From Malacoraja senta (Eukaryota), in contig CM075986.1 in NCBI GenBank assembly GCA_038087875.1, positions 6,882,001 through 6,946,000 of the forward strand: DNA of 64,000 nucleotides, given 5' to 3'. Numbering within the stretch: the stretch's first letter is position 1; each line of letters begins with the position of its first letter. Shown here one piece after another: positions 26,931 to 41,245 of this stretch. The notes below the pieces were generated by a model. That model was not told where the DNA came from. It searched no databases and saw only the letters and a list, made by a program, of their open reading frames with translations. Both the position numbers and the translations under genes were made by a program.

Positions 26931-27998
26931 TGCCTTGAACGCCTAACAGACGCGTGTTATAATCTTAATTAGAACGGCATGCACTCAATGCCTCTTTGCT
27001 TCGTTATCCCATACACTTCTATTAAACTATATGGGAGATATCTGGGCATATCTGGATTTGTCCAGGAAAAATGTATTAATGAACTAGTTCGTACTTGGGA
27101 CTCGGAAAAAAGTGTTCACTGAAAGAATATTGGAATAACTGAAATAATTGCAAATAATATGTATCATTTGATAATTAATGTCCACACAATGACCAGCGTC
27201 GCTCACATCTGCTCCACACTCATGGATTATATATATATATATATATATATTTATCTTTCTGTCCTCTTGTGTAACTTATAATCAAAGAAGACGAGATGAA
27301 ACCGAAGGTAAGTAAAATAAATACCACAAATTTAATTTGTTGAGCCACATCCTTTGAATAACCACGCGTCCATGACTCCCAGTACTTTGATGGTATGTTG
27401 ATTTATACTTTATTAACGCTTCAGATACTTTTGCGGGCAAAATATGTCAGAAGCTTATATGGTGTTCTCGTCCAACTGTCAATTTTCTACTGTCCTTCAA
27501 TAACTGGAAGTTGCCTTAAAATAATGTCTTCTAAGCATAATACATAAATGCTGGATTAACAACAAAATACAAATAGTTTATAAGCACCTAAAAGAAGAAA
27601 ACGAACAAAAAAAACCCGAGGTGTCATTGGCTTCTAGGGTATTTGCTTTCCGATTCATTCGGCACGACAATGAGAAATGCCACTACATGAATCGATTACA
27701 ATTAATGGGCTCATGAACAACAACAGACCCTTCAGTGTTTGTTAAATTTGTTTATCAAAAGGTAAGCCATTAGCTTGAAATTACAAGTTCGCAATGCCAT
27801 CATTTCCTATCCTCTTAAGTTGCTCCAAGTTGTTCTGGTGACTAGACCTGAACTTGTAATTCATCCCAGTGTCTAGCAAATTTCCCCCCTCCAGCCTCCC
27901 CTCCCGTCCACCATCTTCAATGCTGCTGTAGTATTCGGATTCCTCAACGACATTGTCCGTCGTCTCTTCTTTAATCAAATCGAAGCATAGTGCCGCTT

Positions 27999-28270
27999 TC
28001 AGATGGGGAAAGCAGTTGATATTTCTCGAATCCTGTGCTCTCGGCTCATCTTTTTCAGCTTCATTCTCCTGTTTTGAAACCAGATTTTGACCTGCCTGTC
28101 GGTTAGATTCACGCTTCGACTGATCTCCAGGCGGCGCTCTCGAGTCAAGTACATGTTAAAGAGAAACTCCTTTTCCAGCTCCAGAGTCTGGTACTTGGTG
28201 TACGGACAACGCTTCTTTCTTCCTCCCTTCGGAGTCATCCAGTTTGTCGTACTCTCGGTCTTCGCGCGTT
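27999..28270 (-). CDS. HOXB10: HoxB10 exon 2 (homeodomain)
   Basis: Acceptor TTGACAG|AA; [67 protein letters not shown] is paralogue group 10; 718+272 nt = 329 aa + stop. Confidence 0.94.
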
Positions 28271-31200
28271 CTGTCAATCGGGAAAAACAAATTGTCAAAC
28301 GACCTGAAGAATTAACGGCTTTCCCTATTTTACCGCCAACAGTGTAATGCCCAGGAGTTTCAACGAACATTCTGAGTAGTGAACGGGGAATGAGTTAGAA
28401 TTTCAGCTCACTGTTTACTGGGCGGATATGAACCCTTGACATTTTCTCAATCCCCATCATTGAGTGCTATAGACGATTGTGATACCTCGCGGCCATTATA
28501 CTGCATTGCTGTAGTACAACTATGCGATCAACAAAATATATTCCAACCTCACTTAAGTGGGGGAATTGCTCAGAGATGAATAAACACGGCCAGTGCCGAT
28601 TTAAGTTCAAATAGAAATGGTATATCGAATGCATATTGCACCGAACATGGGATTTCCGGTAAGACTAGGAATCAATGGAACTGAATGAACTGGAAAGGGA
28701 TATATCAAAACCAATGCTCACTACTCTGTGCCCTCTGTTTATTGCCAGGACCTTCTACGTTGACTGCAAATAGACTTGAAATCTTAATAGCTGCACTGTG
28801 AACGTCGTCATGCTTACTCCACAACGGATAGAATTTGGCATTAGCAGGAAATAAAATTTAATTAATGGTATAAACACCCTGCTTTACAAGTTTAAGATCA
28901 AGAGGTTTATATCCTGCAGATATCTCGCTCAAGTCTATTAAACACATACCAACTTGCAAAATGCAAAGCTGCTGTATTATTTTAAAAGTGAGTTCTCACC
29001 TTACAAAACAACCTTTAAGTCCCATAATGTATTTTGATGAGATTTTCACGTTAAAGTTTTATATAAGGGAGGGAAAATAACCCTCTAGCAGCGAGAGAGA
29101 CAGAAATTAAAATATGGACACACATTCTTTTCTACCGACGCATCGGGCTACTTGGAAAACATTTACTTTTTCTTTCATTAGTTAAAACTTCCACATTTAT
29201 TTTATTAGTTGTGATGCCAAAAAGTTGTGCAAAATGTTGCCATTCGCTAAGTTGTTCACAGTACGTTGGTGAAACGCACAATGCTAAAAAATAAAGTCAT
29301 GCATTTCAAAACAGCGAATTATCTCTGCCTATCGTGTTGCTTGAGTTAATTCCCACTATTAAATGCATCTGCCGCCGCTGCGATACATTATGGTCACAAT
29401 TGCTAATTTTAGACACAGGATATATCCATGTTTTCCACCATGTGTGTAGTAAAAGTTTGTTATGTACGATTAATAATAAATGTAATAACGAAATCCTGTC
29501 AACTGTATAAGTTCAGATAGTTCTAAGAGAGGGCATTACAAAGGGCTGCGAGGATAACGAAATACCAATGGTAATTTCATAGGTCTTACAGAGAGTACAC
29601 CTTGATTGTGAAATACAGGAATAAACATTATAGAACGTAGGAAACACGCCATGTTTGCATATACAGTTGCTATAAGTTAATGTCCCAGAAAAAATGATAA
29701 AATGTTTTAAAACGTCGACAGTTCCTCAAATAGCGCAGTATGTGCAATATGGTTCTTCTTTTCCCGAAAGCTTTCAACCCGGAACAATCTGAATGTCGCT
29801 GCTTAACCTAAATGCAAACGGTTAATGGTTGACCGTGACCTTGCTGACAATTCAAAAACTCTTACAAAAAGATCATCCCGCTAAGGTTCATATTGCAATT
29901 CCCAATATTTAACACAATAGTTCCGGATATTACATTCCTCAAGTATGTTTATAAAGTTACACAAAACGTCGTTTAATACACGCCAGTGTGCATGGTCTGA
30001 TATTAAAATAACTGCAGCGTATCACCAATGTTCCTTCTGCATATTGTGGCGTCAGATAACACGAAATACGTGTCAATTTGTGAGATTTTCTTTTTAATTT
30101 CATACATAGAAGCACATATTTAAAATTCTAACATTTCCTTCACCTGTTTACCACATGAGATAAAAAATTCAAAAGAAAAACAAAATTCAGATATTGATGG
30201 GTCTGTCATCTTCTAGGCTTCTCCGATACTTTTATTTTACAGATAGTGTGTTGTCCATTTCACGTTACTTATGTTGTGAAGAAGAGCCTAGTTATTCAAC
30301 TAACTTAATTAATTAAGGGTGCTTCTAACAACATGGGGATTGCAATTCTGGGGTGTATCTCCAGTCCTGAGTTAAAACCACCAATAGGCTAATTTGACTA
30401 AGTGTTCAGAGTGCCAAGGACTTGAAATGAAATACGCCAAAGCAGAATCGAGAATTAACGTTGAAAATTAAAATGGATTGCAGAGTTGTTTGTTAATTAA
30501 TTACAACATAACGTCTGCTAATAATGTGCTGGAGAATCTCAAGTGATAGTGATTATATGTTTGCATTCTACTTATAGTTTGAGTCTCGCCAATTATTCTA
30601 AATTAACAATAACAACACGTATTGCAAATGAAGAGCCAATGAATACATTTAAAGCGAATCATATCGTCGCATTACACTTTCCATTGTAATTAGCATGGAT
30701 TATGTCTTTCAAAATAGGTGGAACTCCAATTCAATAAAAAAGTTGATCTTTATTAGCAACTACCTAGTATCATTAAACTCTTTGTGTGAAACTGATATTA
30801 CTTCAGAACAGCAAAGATGGCGGGAGTTTGTCATTACGTTTAGTTTTTCTTTTTATGGATTTCCATTAAAAATAGAAACAGGGAAGTCACATCATGTCCA
30901 GAAATTTGGCATGTCAGCTGTTCTATGCAGCTAACGATTTGCATTTGTTTTTAAACAAAGCATTTCTGGACGATATTGCTCTCTGCGGAATTATATTCAA
31001 CCAGCGATGAGTGATCCCTCACAGAACAGTCCAACGATTCATTGGTTCTAAAGTAAACAGAAGAGTAATTGTATCAAATGAAGATTCTTATAGGCAAATG
31101 GTAGCAAAGCCCAGGCAGCTCCACAAGTTAGACCGAAGACCTTTAAGTCGGAACTTCCCAGCACATAGCTCGATTGGATTCCTCGTTTAACTTACACCAA

Positions 31201-33170
31201 ATATTATCAATAATTTTCATGCTCAAAATATCAATTAAAAATTAGAAAACGTTCAATGTCTCTTCCTAATTATCAGCTAATTTGACCTGTAAGTTTTTTT
31301 CTTGTCTATCTCGTCGGACAAGGGATACATCAGGCCGACGTACAATACTTTGACTCAGATTGAAAGTGTAACGTGTAACTAACATGTCCCAGATTTCCAT
31401 AACAATGCTAACATTTCTATACGCCATTGTGACTTAATGTCTAGTTTGGTCTCTTGGTTTGTGTCACCCGATTATATGGGTAAACACTCAATAAAGTCTG
31501 TGTCTGAACGAAAGAACAGCCTATCACTGGAACATATATTTACGTCTCAACATCACACAGGGAAGACCAGACACAAACAAGGAACTAATCATTCAACCCG
31601 TTAGAGATCACCTTTTTTATTTTTACAAAGGATTTGCTCGCTCGTGTTGAAATTGCTTTGTTTTAGAGTTTTTTACTACTTTGGTGTGTGTGAGTGTAGC
31701 GGAGGAAATCCGTTTTGGTAGATCCCTATTAATTGCAACTTCCTCCGAGTTATTGCATCCTGGTGTTTACCTACCCTTTCCTCTTGCGAAGTGGTAAACG
31801 TTAGCCTACTTTATATTTTATATTATAGCTTTGCCCTCCTGTTGAACACAAGGAAATTCACAAATAAATGCACAATGCAATGCCAAGAAAATCGAAAAAG
31901 CCAGTGGATTGGCACGATTTAAATTGTTGGTACCAATTGGAATGAAACGCTATTTAAGATATTTTTTAAGAATAGTGTGTTTGTCCATGCCACACATTTC
32001 TTACTAATTTAATGAGCAGCAAGATTCCATGAAACAACGCAGTAATATCACCGCAGCGCTGTGTGGTGCAGTTTTTATTTGGCGCCATAATTTAGCTCCA
32101 TAGCAGCATGCCGACCTTAAATAAACATCGCATGCTGCCAACAAGCTCATTTTATTTATATTCAGCATTTGGAATTTATCGATGCATCTTAGCACGGTTT
32201 GATACACGAGCTAACATTAAGAGGCCGTTGTTTAGTTGCCTATCTTGCTGTTCTCGTGATGCCAGGCTTACGTCCCATCCATCAACAACCCACAACAAGT
32301 CATGCAACATATTGGTGGTCACTAATGTGGTGCTTACCGAGCGGCTCAAAAACCCGACCGCTCTCTGTATTTTTTCGTCCATCCATGTGTATTAACCTTT
32401 ATATGTGAGCGTCTATAAAACCTTATAGCATCATTTGAGCTCATCGCTCTTGCTTTCCCGCTCGCTCTTTCTATCACACAGCCGCGCACACCTATGCACA
32501 CAAATATATTGACTCCAAAGGATGTATAAGTTTTCTTGCGAATTTGTGTGTCTTTTCACCTTGTTTCTCGCACTATTATATGTATACATTAGCACATGGG
32601 CACAAGTTTATATGCTCCATATTTAGAATGATATATGTCTTGTAAGCGTTTAACTATGATTAGTCATTACTGATCATAAAATGTGCCTAAATGTTTGTGG
32701 TTACACTAGCATGTTCGCACAATGGTCTGCATTTTGGTGACCCAACGCTATTTCATATTAATGCTGTATTTGAAATATCAGCATTTGGATTTTTTGTTCC
32801 AATCCATTCGCAAATCATTCCTGAAAGTCTCAATTGCTTTTTGTTTTGCCTAGGTGGTTATTTTTATTGGGGACATTTACAGCAGTTTTTTATGCGATTG
32901 AGAAATGGCCTGCAGAACAGAAATCTTTCGTTGTTTTGATCTTTAAAAGGTTCACTTAAACGTGTTTGCAATTTACTCTGCCGCAAAGGGCCTGTCCAAT
33001 AAATTACTCAAGGTATTAATTTGGACTGTGGGTCCTTTGTGTTGTGGACAAAAAAGGTCCTTTACAGCCTAAATAAAGTCACCTTGTCGCTGATGAGAGA
33101 GCTGCTCTACGTTCCTGCTCCAAATGCGTGTAATTGCTTGCCTGTGTTTCTTTCAAGCTTTTTCACTCAC

Positions 33171-33888
33171 CTTTTGTTTCTCTCTCGGAATGAGCCGGGT
33201 CCCCGCCAGGGAAGTCTAAAGTGGGTGTATCTTGTACAAAGTCACTCTGTCTCGCTTCTGTGGGTTTTGCCGGGTTCCTGCGGACGGGGTCGCTCGAGCC
33301 GATCACTTTTATGGCCTTTTCACCTGGTTTTGAGGAGGAAGACGACGTGGCGAAGGAAGAGGTGAAGGGAAGGCTGGAAGTGATCGAGCATGGGGCCGCG
33401 GCTGGCGGCGGCGGCTGGTTGTAATCCGTGGGTTTGCTGGATGTGTAGTTCGGTTCTGAACGGAAATAGATGGGGACTGGGACTCTGCCACTATCACTGG
33501 TGCACATTTCAGAGATCACCCTCGGGTACACAGGCACCTCCGGGATCGTCTTCGCATGTTTATCCCCGTCTAGTAAACAATAGTTGGCTTCTTCCTTCAC
33601 GCTAGACGCGAAGGAATAGGCGTTTATCTGCTGGAGACGGCTGGTGTGGCCGGGTGCTGATGGCGTTGCCCACCCTGCCATACCTGGCACGTACTGGTGA
33701 TGGGAAACCAACCCTAGACCTTGCTGGTGGCTCATCTCGTCGTGTTTACGATGACAACTCTGTGCCCCGTAGCCCTGGTCCGTCCTAGAGGACAAATAAC
33801 CCCCAGGACAGTAAGGTCCAGGCTGGTTGGAGCTGATTAAAGCCCTCACTGAAAACGATCTTGGAGCAGAATTCTCCGAACATGACAT
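33171..33888 (-). CDS. HOXB10: HoxB10 exon 1 (718 nt, phase 1)
   Basis: MSCSENSAPRSFSVRALIS start; VKEEANYCL, PVYPR and VPVPIYFR resemble Hox10 motifs; donor AG|GTGAGT at 33171/33170. Confidence 0.9.
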
Positions 33889-33964
33889 AGCTGCAGCTGA
33901 GTTGAGCAGGGCTAGATGGGGGTGGGGTGGGGGGGGGGAGGTGGTGGTGGGGGGGAGGTGGCAT

Positions 33965-34060
33965 TGGAAAAGAAGGTCCTTATCAAACTAACATGTCTCT
34001 TGGACTCATCAGACGACGTCTGTGGACAACTTCCTTTCAACCGGCCAATCAGAATCAACG
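33965..34060 (-). promoter_or_regulatory. HoxB10 proximal promoter
   Basis: CCAATCA box and CRE-like GACGTC within ~170 bp upstream of the ATG. Confidence 0.5.
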
Positions 34061-35490
34061 GACGCAGCGCCGGTCCCTCCTACCCGACTGGGTTTTGAAA
34101 TGAGAGGAACATTGATGCATTTCTGGCGTTCAGTAACACCTAGTTACCGTGACAAATACAAGCTTGTTAATTCAGCTTTTACTAACCAAAGTAGAGGAGC
34201 GTTATCCTGCCCCTTTTATGCCATCCCCCTTCACGTGGTTAACGTTTCTTGGGACAAAGTTAAGGAAAACAAGTTTACAATTTACAGTCAGCTCTTCAGA
34301 CGTTATGGCGGCGACAGCATCGCTGAAGGAGCTCTGCAATTTCCCCATCGCTCGTGGTAAAAATATGATAGAAAGCAACAAACGAGACGAACCCGAATAT
34401 AACAAGAAAGTTGAATGAAAATTGGACACAAATAGTTTAATTTTGATTACAATATCGGCACCTCCAACAATAAGCGTGATGTATAAAGTGCAATATACAC
34501 AACATGCACATACATATGTATGTAATTTATTGGAAAGTTTGAGTGTTAATGGATGGTTTCAATAAAGTCAGGCAGTTAAATGACATTAACAATCTTACAT
34601 CGATTGAGCATAAAATTTGGAGTTAATTGCACCGAAGCTTGATGTAAAATATACTTTCTCGCACATGCATGGTCTTGACAGCTAAATGTAAACTTGTTGT
34701 ATTTGGCAATAGTGGCATATTACGTGTACACGCGGTATTGGCTGCGTAAAATGGTTCTCAAATCTAATAACTTGTCCATCCTTATTCTATAAACACCGTA
34801 TGTAACAATGCACCGTGAATGATTTGCAACAGATAATACATTTCTGTCCCGGAGTCATTCACTGCCCGGCCTTATATCACGGGACTGGAATAGGTTTCAG
34901 GATTCGATCAATCCAGATTTTCCCTTCACGCGGTCAAATCCTTACAATCAGCCACTGAAACCAAGAATATTGCGGTCTGTCTTTTCTTATTTACCCACAG
35001 CACCCCCGAGACCCTTTGGTACCCTGTATTTGTTCAATGGTAACAAAAACAGAATTCACTTTTCAGCTTCATTTTATATCCCAGTCCTTTCCTTTGCCCT
35101 TTTAAATTATCGAACCCTTCAAACCCCTTATTTGCTGTTTCAGCGATAAAACCGAGTAATTTATTGACGGTTCACTTGCTTAGAACCTGCTATATTTAAT
35201 TTAATACTTTATTGCGGCACGGCTGGTTCAGGAGCTGAACACCAACATAAATCAAAATGACAATAAATAAATTAACGATAATCTTGCGGATGTAGCAAAT
35301 ATTAAAGCACATTCACGTAGAGCTTTCCGAACTAAGCAATCCCGGACCAGCGGTATATTATGCAGAGATCCGCATTAAGGGATCAACCATTGAATTGTTT
35401 ATGCATTACTATTATGTCTGAGTTCATGCACACCTAAGGTGTTTATGTAACATCAAATTTCCAGTGCAAACACGTCTTCACAAGAAAGTT

Positions 35491-35628
35491 TGTGTAAGAA
35501 GGAACTGCAGATGCTGGTTTAAACCGAAGATGGACACAAAAAGCCGGAGTAACTCAGCGGGACAGGCAGCATCTCTGGAGAGAAGGAATGGGTGACGTTT
35601 CGGGTCGAGACCCTTCTTCTGAAGAAGG
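35491..35628 (-). mobile_element. Penelope-like terminal fragment with mutated hammerhead core (CAGAAGA)
   Basis: Family consensus AGGAACTGCAGATGCTGG...GACGTTTCGGGTCGAGACCC; flanking 14-bp direct repeat TTCACAA(G/T)AAAGTT at 35477-35490 and 35629-35642. Confidence 0.75.
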
Positions 35629-36489
35629 TTCACAATAAAGTTGACGCAGTCTTGTTTATTTTGAAAGAACAAGTAAAGTCTACTACGTAAGCTGTCCCTG
35701 AGCCGACAGTGACTATTTTAGACCCGTGTAATCTACGCACAGAAGCCAACTCAAGAACCAAAAAACTCTCATAATTTTTTTTTTAAGTTTCAGTTTTGTA
35801 AACCCTCCCCTGCGCGGTCTCGTGGATCCAACTGCAGATATTTATGAACACAAAAGTTTAAATCCCGACATTGACAGAGAGGAGTATTTTATGGACATAT
35901 GACAAACTAACTTCAGATTTGGCGAAGTTGTCGTATCCAATCTAAAATTAAACCTGCTCTTAACCAATCTAAACTAAACCTTAAAACTCCGCGCCTTTTT
36001 CTTTAAATCTCAAGATGTAATGTAATTTTGCAGTGGGATCGATCACATGCTTTTTGCTGTTATTGACTTTGTGTTCACTCTGCTCACCCCGACAAATATA
36101 TCACCTGAAATGATTTTTTTCTATGGAGATCAGGGCGCCTGCAATTCATAACTGAGTGATATTTCAAACCCCAACAGCAGATTACAGTGTGTTATTGCCA
36201 CGTGAACCAAATATGCCGGGGTTCAATTTTTCTCCAGCCAAAACGGCAGCAATAAGTCTGCAAAAAAATGACTGAGATACCGATTCCATAAGAATACAGT
36301 GAAGGGTACTTCTGTATCCTACTTAGACCGAGACCCCGGAGTATTGTAATTTGGGCACCGTCTAGGTGAATGTAAAAAACCATGAAAAGGGATTGGGGGG
36401 GAGGGGGGGGGCGATGCGTGAGTTCAGGAAGTCGGGGTGGGGAACGTCACCTATACCAATGCATACCATGTATTTTTCCACTCGATTGT

Positions 36490-36622
36490 AATCATGTATT
36501 CAAGAGAGAGTTCGACAAAGCTCTTGGGGCTAACGGCATCAACGGATATGGAGAGAAAGCAGAACGGGGTACTGCTTCTGGATGATCAGCCATGATCATA
36601 TTGGATTGCGGTATTGGCTCGA
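36490..36622 (+). mobile_element. CR1-type LINE 3' end
   Basis: Encodes FKREFDKALGANGINGYGEKA, followed by the GATCAGCCATGATCATATTG 3'UTR motif. Confidence 0.7.
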
Positions 36623-38329
36623 AGCACGCAACGCAAGCTTCTCACTGTACCTCGCCGCACGTGGCAATAAGCTAAACTAAAACTAAGGGTAAGTAAGGGA
36701 GTGAGACTTCGCAGAGGGTTGAGTGAAGTACATCAACTCCAAACCCTCGAAACTAGTTCTCAGCAAAGCACTTAATAATTGAGATTATCTCCTCTCTCAG
36801 TACAGTATACAAAAATTCATTCGCTCACGCCCATCACCCTCCCAGCCCTCCCACATACCGGCGTTTATATGCCCACACAAGTCTACGAATTATGGAGTAG
36901 GTCGGAAGGGGCACTACCCACAACTACGAACTGGATACTCAATTACATTGTGTTATTTATCCATACAGGTACGAAACAAAGACGAGACCATTGCTTCGAT
37001 GGCCCTTAGTCATCCTAATCCGTATTGTATGCAAATCGGGGATAAATACACACGATAACACGTAACACACACGGTAACACGCGTTATTTGTGATAAGGGA
37101 GTTTGCTGGAGATGAGTTGTATCCTAAAGACAAACCGCTGCAAAACTGTGGATCTTCTCAGGAACGGTAACTGAAATGAATACTGGCGCTCAAATAAGAC
37201 CTGGGATATTTCCGTAAATTCTATCAAGTAATAAATATTTCAAGTAATTTTATACTGAGGCAGTATATTTCAAGTACTGCCTCGCCCTGCAATAGGGTTA
37301 ACTAAATTAATAAGGAATGGAATTATGTATAGGGAATGGAATAATGCTTCGAATGAAAGCAGAAATTCAGAACAATTGTTCGCCATCTGTAATTTTAAAG
37401 AGCTGTTCAGACGCGAACTTCAAGGTGATCATTGCACTCGGCCTTGGCAAACTGTGTAGCCGTCAGACGAATATCCTGCTGAAAGCTTGGATCTACAGAC
37501 CAATGCAATAAGCAGGACGCCTTTAAAAATAACTATACTTTGTGCAAAATGTCGGTCTGAGATTTTAGCTGATCAAAATAATAGAAAACACAAGCTGCAT
37601 CTTGTAGGACAGATTTCTGCTTCGTGTATCATGTGCGCGCGGATTGTTCCTTCATCTTATTCCAACCGTAGGAATTACCAAGACCGACCTCGGGCTTTCT
37701 ATGCACCTCAAGAAATGCACAGAATTCACAGGATTTACGACTACAATTACCAGGCCGGTCAAAAAAACGAGGCAGTAATGCGGACAGTTTGGTCTACGGT
37801 GCTGGTGGTCAGATGGTGAAAAACGAACCATACATCATTTCAAATTATTTAAATTAGATGCGAGCAATGGAGAAGACCGCACCAGTAAAAAGGAACCATA
37901 CTTAAACATTGTTCATCAAAGGTTCGCAATCATAACCCCGTATTTGAGCCAAGAAAGCGTCCTGGGTAGGGTGAGATTTTCACGGTTGTTAACACGGTTT
38001 AATAATGTTCCGTTCAGAATTACCCAAGTGGAAGAGGAGGGGGCGAGCAACGTTTTGTGTACAGAACATCTACCATAAAATGGCGCCAGGTCCCCTCTAG
38101 CTTTGAGAAATTCCTGCAGGAATTACTTCCTAGGGACGCGCAATAATTTTGAATTCCAATCCATATCGCGTCAATTCTAATTTAAAATAAAATTTACGAG
38201 AAAACTGTAATCGAATACAGATTTACAGGATCCACTATTCAGCCCACGCTGCTTACTATGGCTTTATGTCTGTGCTCACTAGCTCAAAGACTCGCCTCAA
38301 CCTGGTCGCGCTCTCATTTCGCCCCTTCC

Positions 38330-38647
38330 ATCAGGAACAGGGAACGGAACGAGAGTTTGAAAACCGTGACGACCAGGTTCAAGAACAGCTTCTTCCCAAC
38401 AACCATCAAGCCCCTGAACATTGCACAAGACCAACCTCAACAATGAACTTCTAAGGACTGGCTTTGGTTATATGAAGGACTTCGTTTATTACTCCAGTCT
38501 TGTGGATATTAACTTATTAGTTTTTATTGTTTGTTTATTATAGATTATCTGCCTGTATTACATTTACGGATACGTTAGGCTGCAGCAAGTGCGAATTGTA
38601 TTGTCTCTTTTTCTGTACATGTAACTCTTCACATGAGACTTGAGACT
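38330..38647 (+). mobile_element. Rex1/Babar-like LINE 3' end
   Basis: Encodes TTRFKNSFFPTTIKPLN (ORF2 C-terminal motif); short tandem tail TGAGACTTGAGACT. Confidence 0.65.
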
Positions 38648-39652
38648 GCACAATCATGCTTTCGTCGGCACCACCATAACTCTTCATTCTTCACTTTTAC
38701 GTTTGCGTATCTCTAGCGCGCCTATCATTCGTTAAAAAACACCCCAAAGAGAACTTCAAAACAAAAATCGGCGCAGGCCTAAAATAAACGGTTGAGAAAT
38801 ATACTGGATGATGTAGAATATAAATGGGCGACGGCATCTTGGGCTTTTCAAGCCTCAGCCCCGGCAAAGAATGTGACATTTATTCAACTCCGTGAATATC
38901 AATAGTAATTTTAAAATGCATTGCTAGACAACATGTCGAGGCGTTTTCGTATCTAGCGTTTTGGGATTTTCCTTCAGGTTTTCCACAAAGAAAATCGTCT
39001 GTTCTATGTCACGAAACTGACCGTCGTAAGAGGAAAATTTCAGCACTCTAATAACGCTTTGGAACGCCGGCGGAAAAAATACAAACTGAAAGCCAGAACC
39101 TGTTCTCGATTCATATACATATATGTGAACATACAGCTCAACACAGCGAGCATTAGATGAAAAGTAATTTGCAACGACTGCAATGTATTTACTCGTTAGA
39201 ATCAATGGCGGTATAAGATCATTGCACACCCGTTTTAAGATCGACATAAACTAACAAACTGGGGAAAGTTGGATTTGATTCCAGGGCCCTCGGTTAATTA
39301 CCCGTAATATTTCTGGCCGAACATCACGGAAAATTGACCGTTGGTCTTTTTCAACTCAACCCCAAATGGAAACCATCAAAAATATTCAAATATTTAGCAA
39401 GAGGTTCGAATTAAGTTCAGAAAGAAGGGATTTAAACTGTTTTCAGAATTTCGAAGGGACTCGCTGACCTTTCTTGGTTAATATCAGGTATAATTCCGGA
39501 ATCTTACAGAGAGCCTCCGATAGAAACAAGAGCGCGATCCCAACAAATAAACCATGATCCAATACACCGCACAATCCACTGACAGTCCATTTCAGAATTG
39601 AATAAACCACAGAAATCACATCGCGCAACTTTCAACTGCATATGAAACTCTA

Positions 39653-39797
39653 CGGGTGTCAGGGGTTATGGGGAGAAGGCAGGATAATGGGGTTAGGAAG
39701 GAGAGATAGACCAGCCATTATTGAATGGCGGAGTAGGCTTGATGGACCGAATGGTCTAATTCTGCTCCTATCACTTACGACCTTATGACCTTATGAG
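39653..39797 (+). mobile_element. CR1-type LINE 3' end
   Basis: GGGGTTATGGGGAGAAGGCAGG...GAATGGCGG...AATTCTGCTCCTA with (GACCTTAT)n tail. Confidence 0.7.
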
Positions 39798-41047
39798 ATG
39801 AAACCAATAAAATACTCAGATTGATTGTACCTCCATTCAATCCATATTCTACTGGTAGAAGTCAGAAACATGATTCAATAAGTACGCAGAGCCTTCTGGA
39901 TCCATCCATTCACCCACTNNNNNNNNNNNNNNNNNNNNNNNNNNNNNNNNNNNNNNNNNNNNNNNNNNNNNNNNNNNNNNNNNNNNNNNNNNNNNNNNNN
40001 NNNNNNNNNNNNNNNNNNNNNNNNNNNNNNNNNNNNNNNNNNNNNNNNNNNNNNNNNNNNNNNNNNNNNCAAGTTGAAGATGGCGTGATCCTTTATTCTC
40101 GCCCCGTCGATGTTTCCTTGTGGAGCTATTTATTTTTCTCTGGACTTCTACCTTCTTTCAATAACAGCAGGTTAATCAAGTACAAGCGTTAGATCAACAT
40201 GCCATCGTTTCCTGATCACTCCTTTCTTCCAAATCTTTTCAAGCCTCTGACTTGTTAGTAACGTATTATAAATAAATGTCAAATCAACCTGTGTTTATGT
40301 ATATTTCAAGGTGAAGGTGAGTTTCACATCATTCTGCATTCATTTCTTTGAAACTTAAAATTCAGAACATGAAGCCTGATCGAAAATGTAACTTTAACAA
40401 GAAACCCCAGGTGGTAGCGTCAAACATTAATAACCTCACCATTTCACTTTTTACTGTTATTTTATTGTCATTATTTATCTTGTACATTTGAGTTCCGCTC
40501 AGGCAGTGCGCCTGAATGTTGTTGTATGCACCACTAACATGACAATAAAGTAATAAATTAATAAATAAATATAGATATGGGAAGGTATTTTTTAGAGATA
40601 TTTCAGGAATATTACAACTTCAGAGAAGTGCAATTATTCAGCTTGCGTAATTGTTTGCCCTTTCGGGTTGCTGCTTATATATCTTTGTTGATTTGTCCAT
40701 TANNNNNNNNNNNNNNNNNNNNNNNNNNNNNNNNNNNNNNNNNNNNNNNNNNNNNNNNNNNNNNNNNNNNNNNNNNNNNNNNNNNNNNNNNNNNNNNNNN
40801 NNNNNNNNNNNNNNNNNNNNNNNNNNNNNNNNNNNNNNNNNNNNNNNNNNNNNNNNNNNNNNNNNNNNNNNNNNNNNNNNNNNNNNNNNNNNNNNNNNNN
40901 NNNNNNNNNNNNNTTGTCTACCTATCTATCCTTTCCCACGGACCTAGCCGTTTCTGATATACAAGTGCAGTATAGTAGCCATCACCACGTCACAAAAATG
41001 CATTTTAATTTATATATACCCTCTCTCATGTAATTATATATAAAAGC

Positions 41048-41062
41048 GAGAGAGAGGGGAGC

Positions 41063-41123
<61 letters not shown>
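41048..41123. repeat. (GA)n microsatellite
   Basis: Direct inspection. Confidence 0.9.
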
Positions 41124-41126
<3 letters not shown>

Positions 41127-41245
41127 TACAGATGCTAGTTTACATAAAAAGGCAAATTGCTGGAGCAACTCAGGGGGTCAGGCAGCATCTCTGGAGAAGA
41201 TGGATAAACCTGTCCACGTTGGCCCGCTCAATTACTCCAGCACTT
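41124..41245. mobile_element. Penelope-like terminal fragment (degenerate, inverted join)
   Basis: Similar to the 35491 family; GCTGGAGCAACTCAG...TTACTCCAGC inverted ends. Confidence 0.6.
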
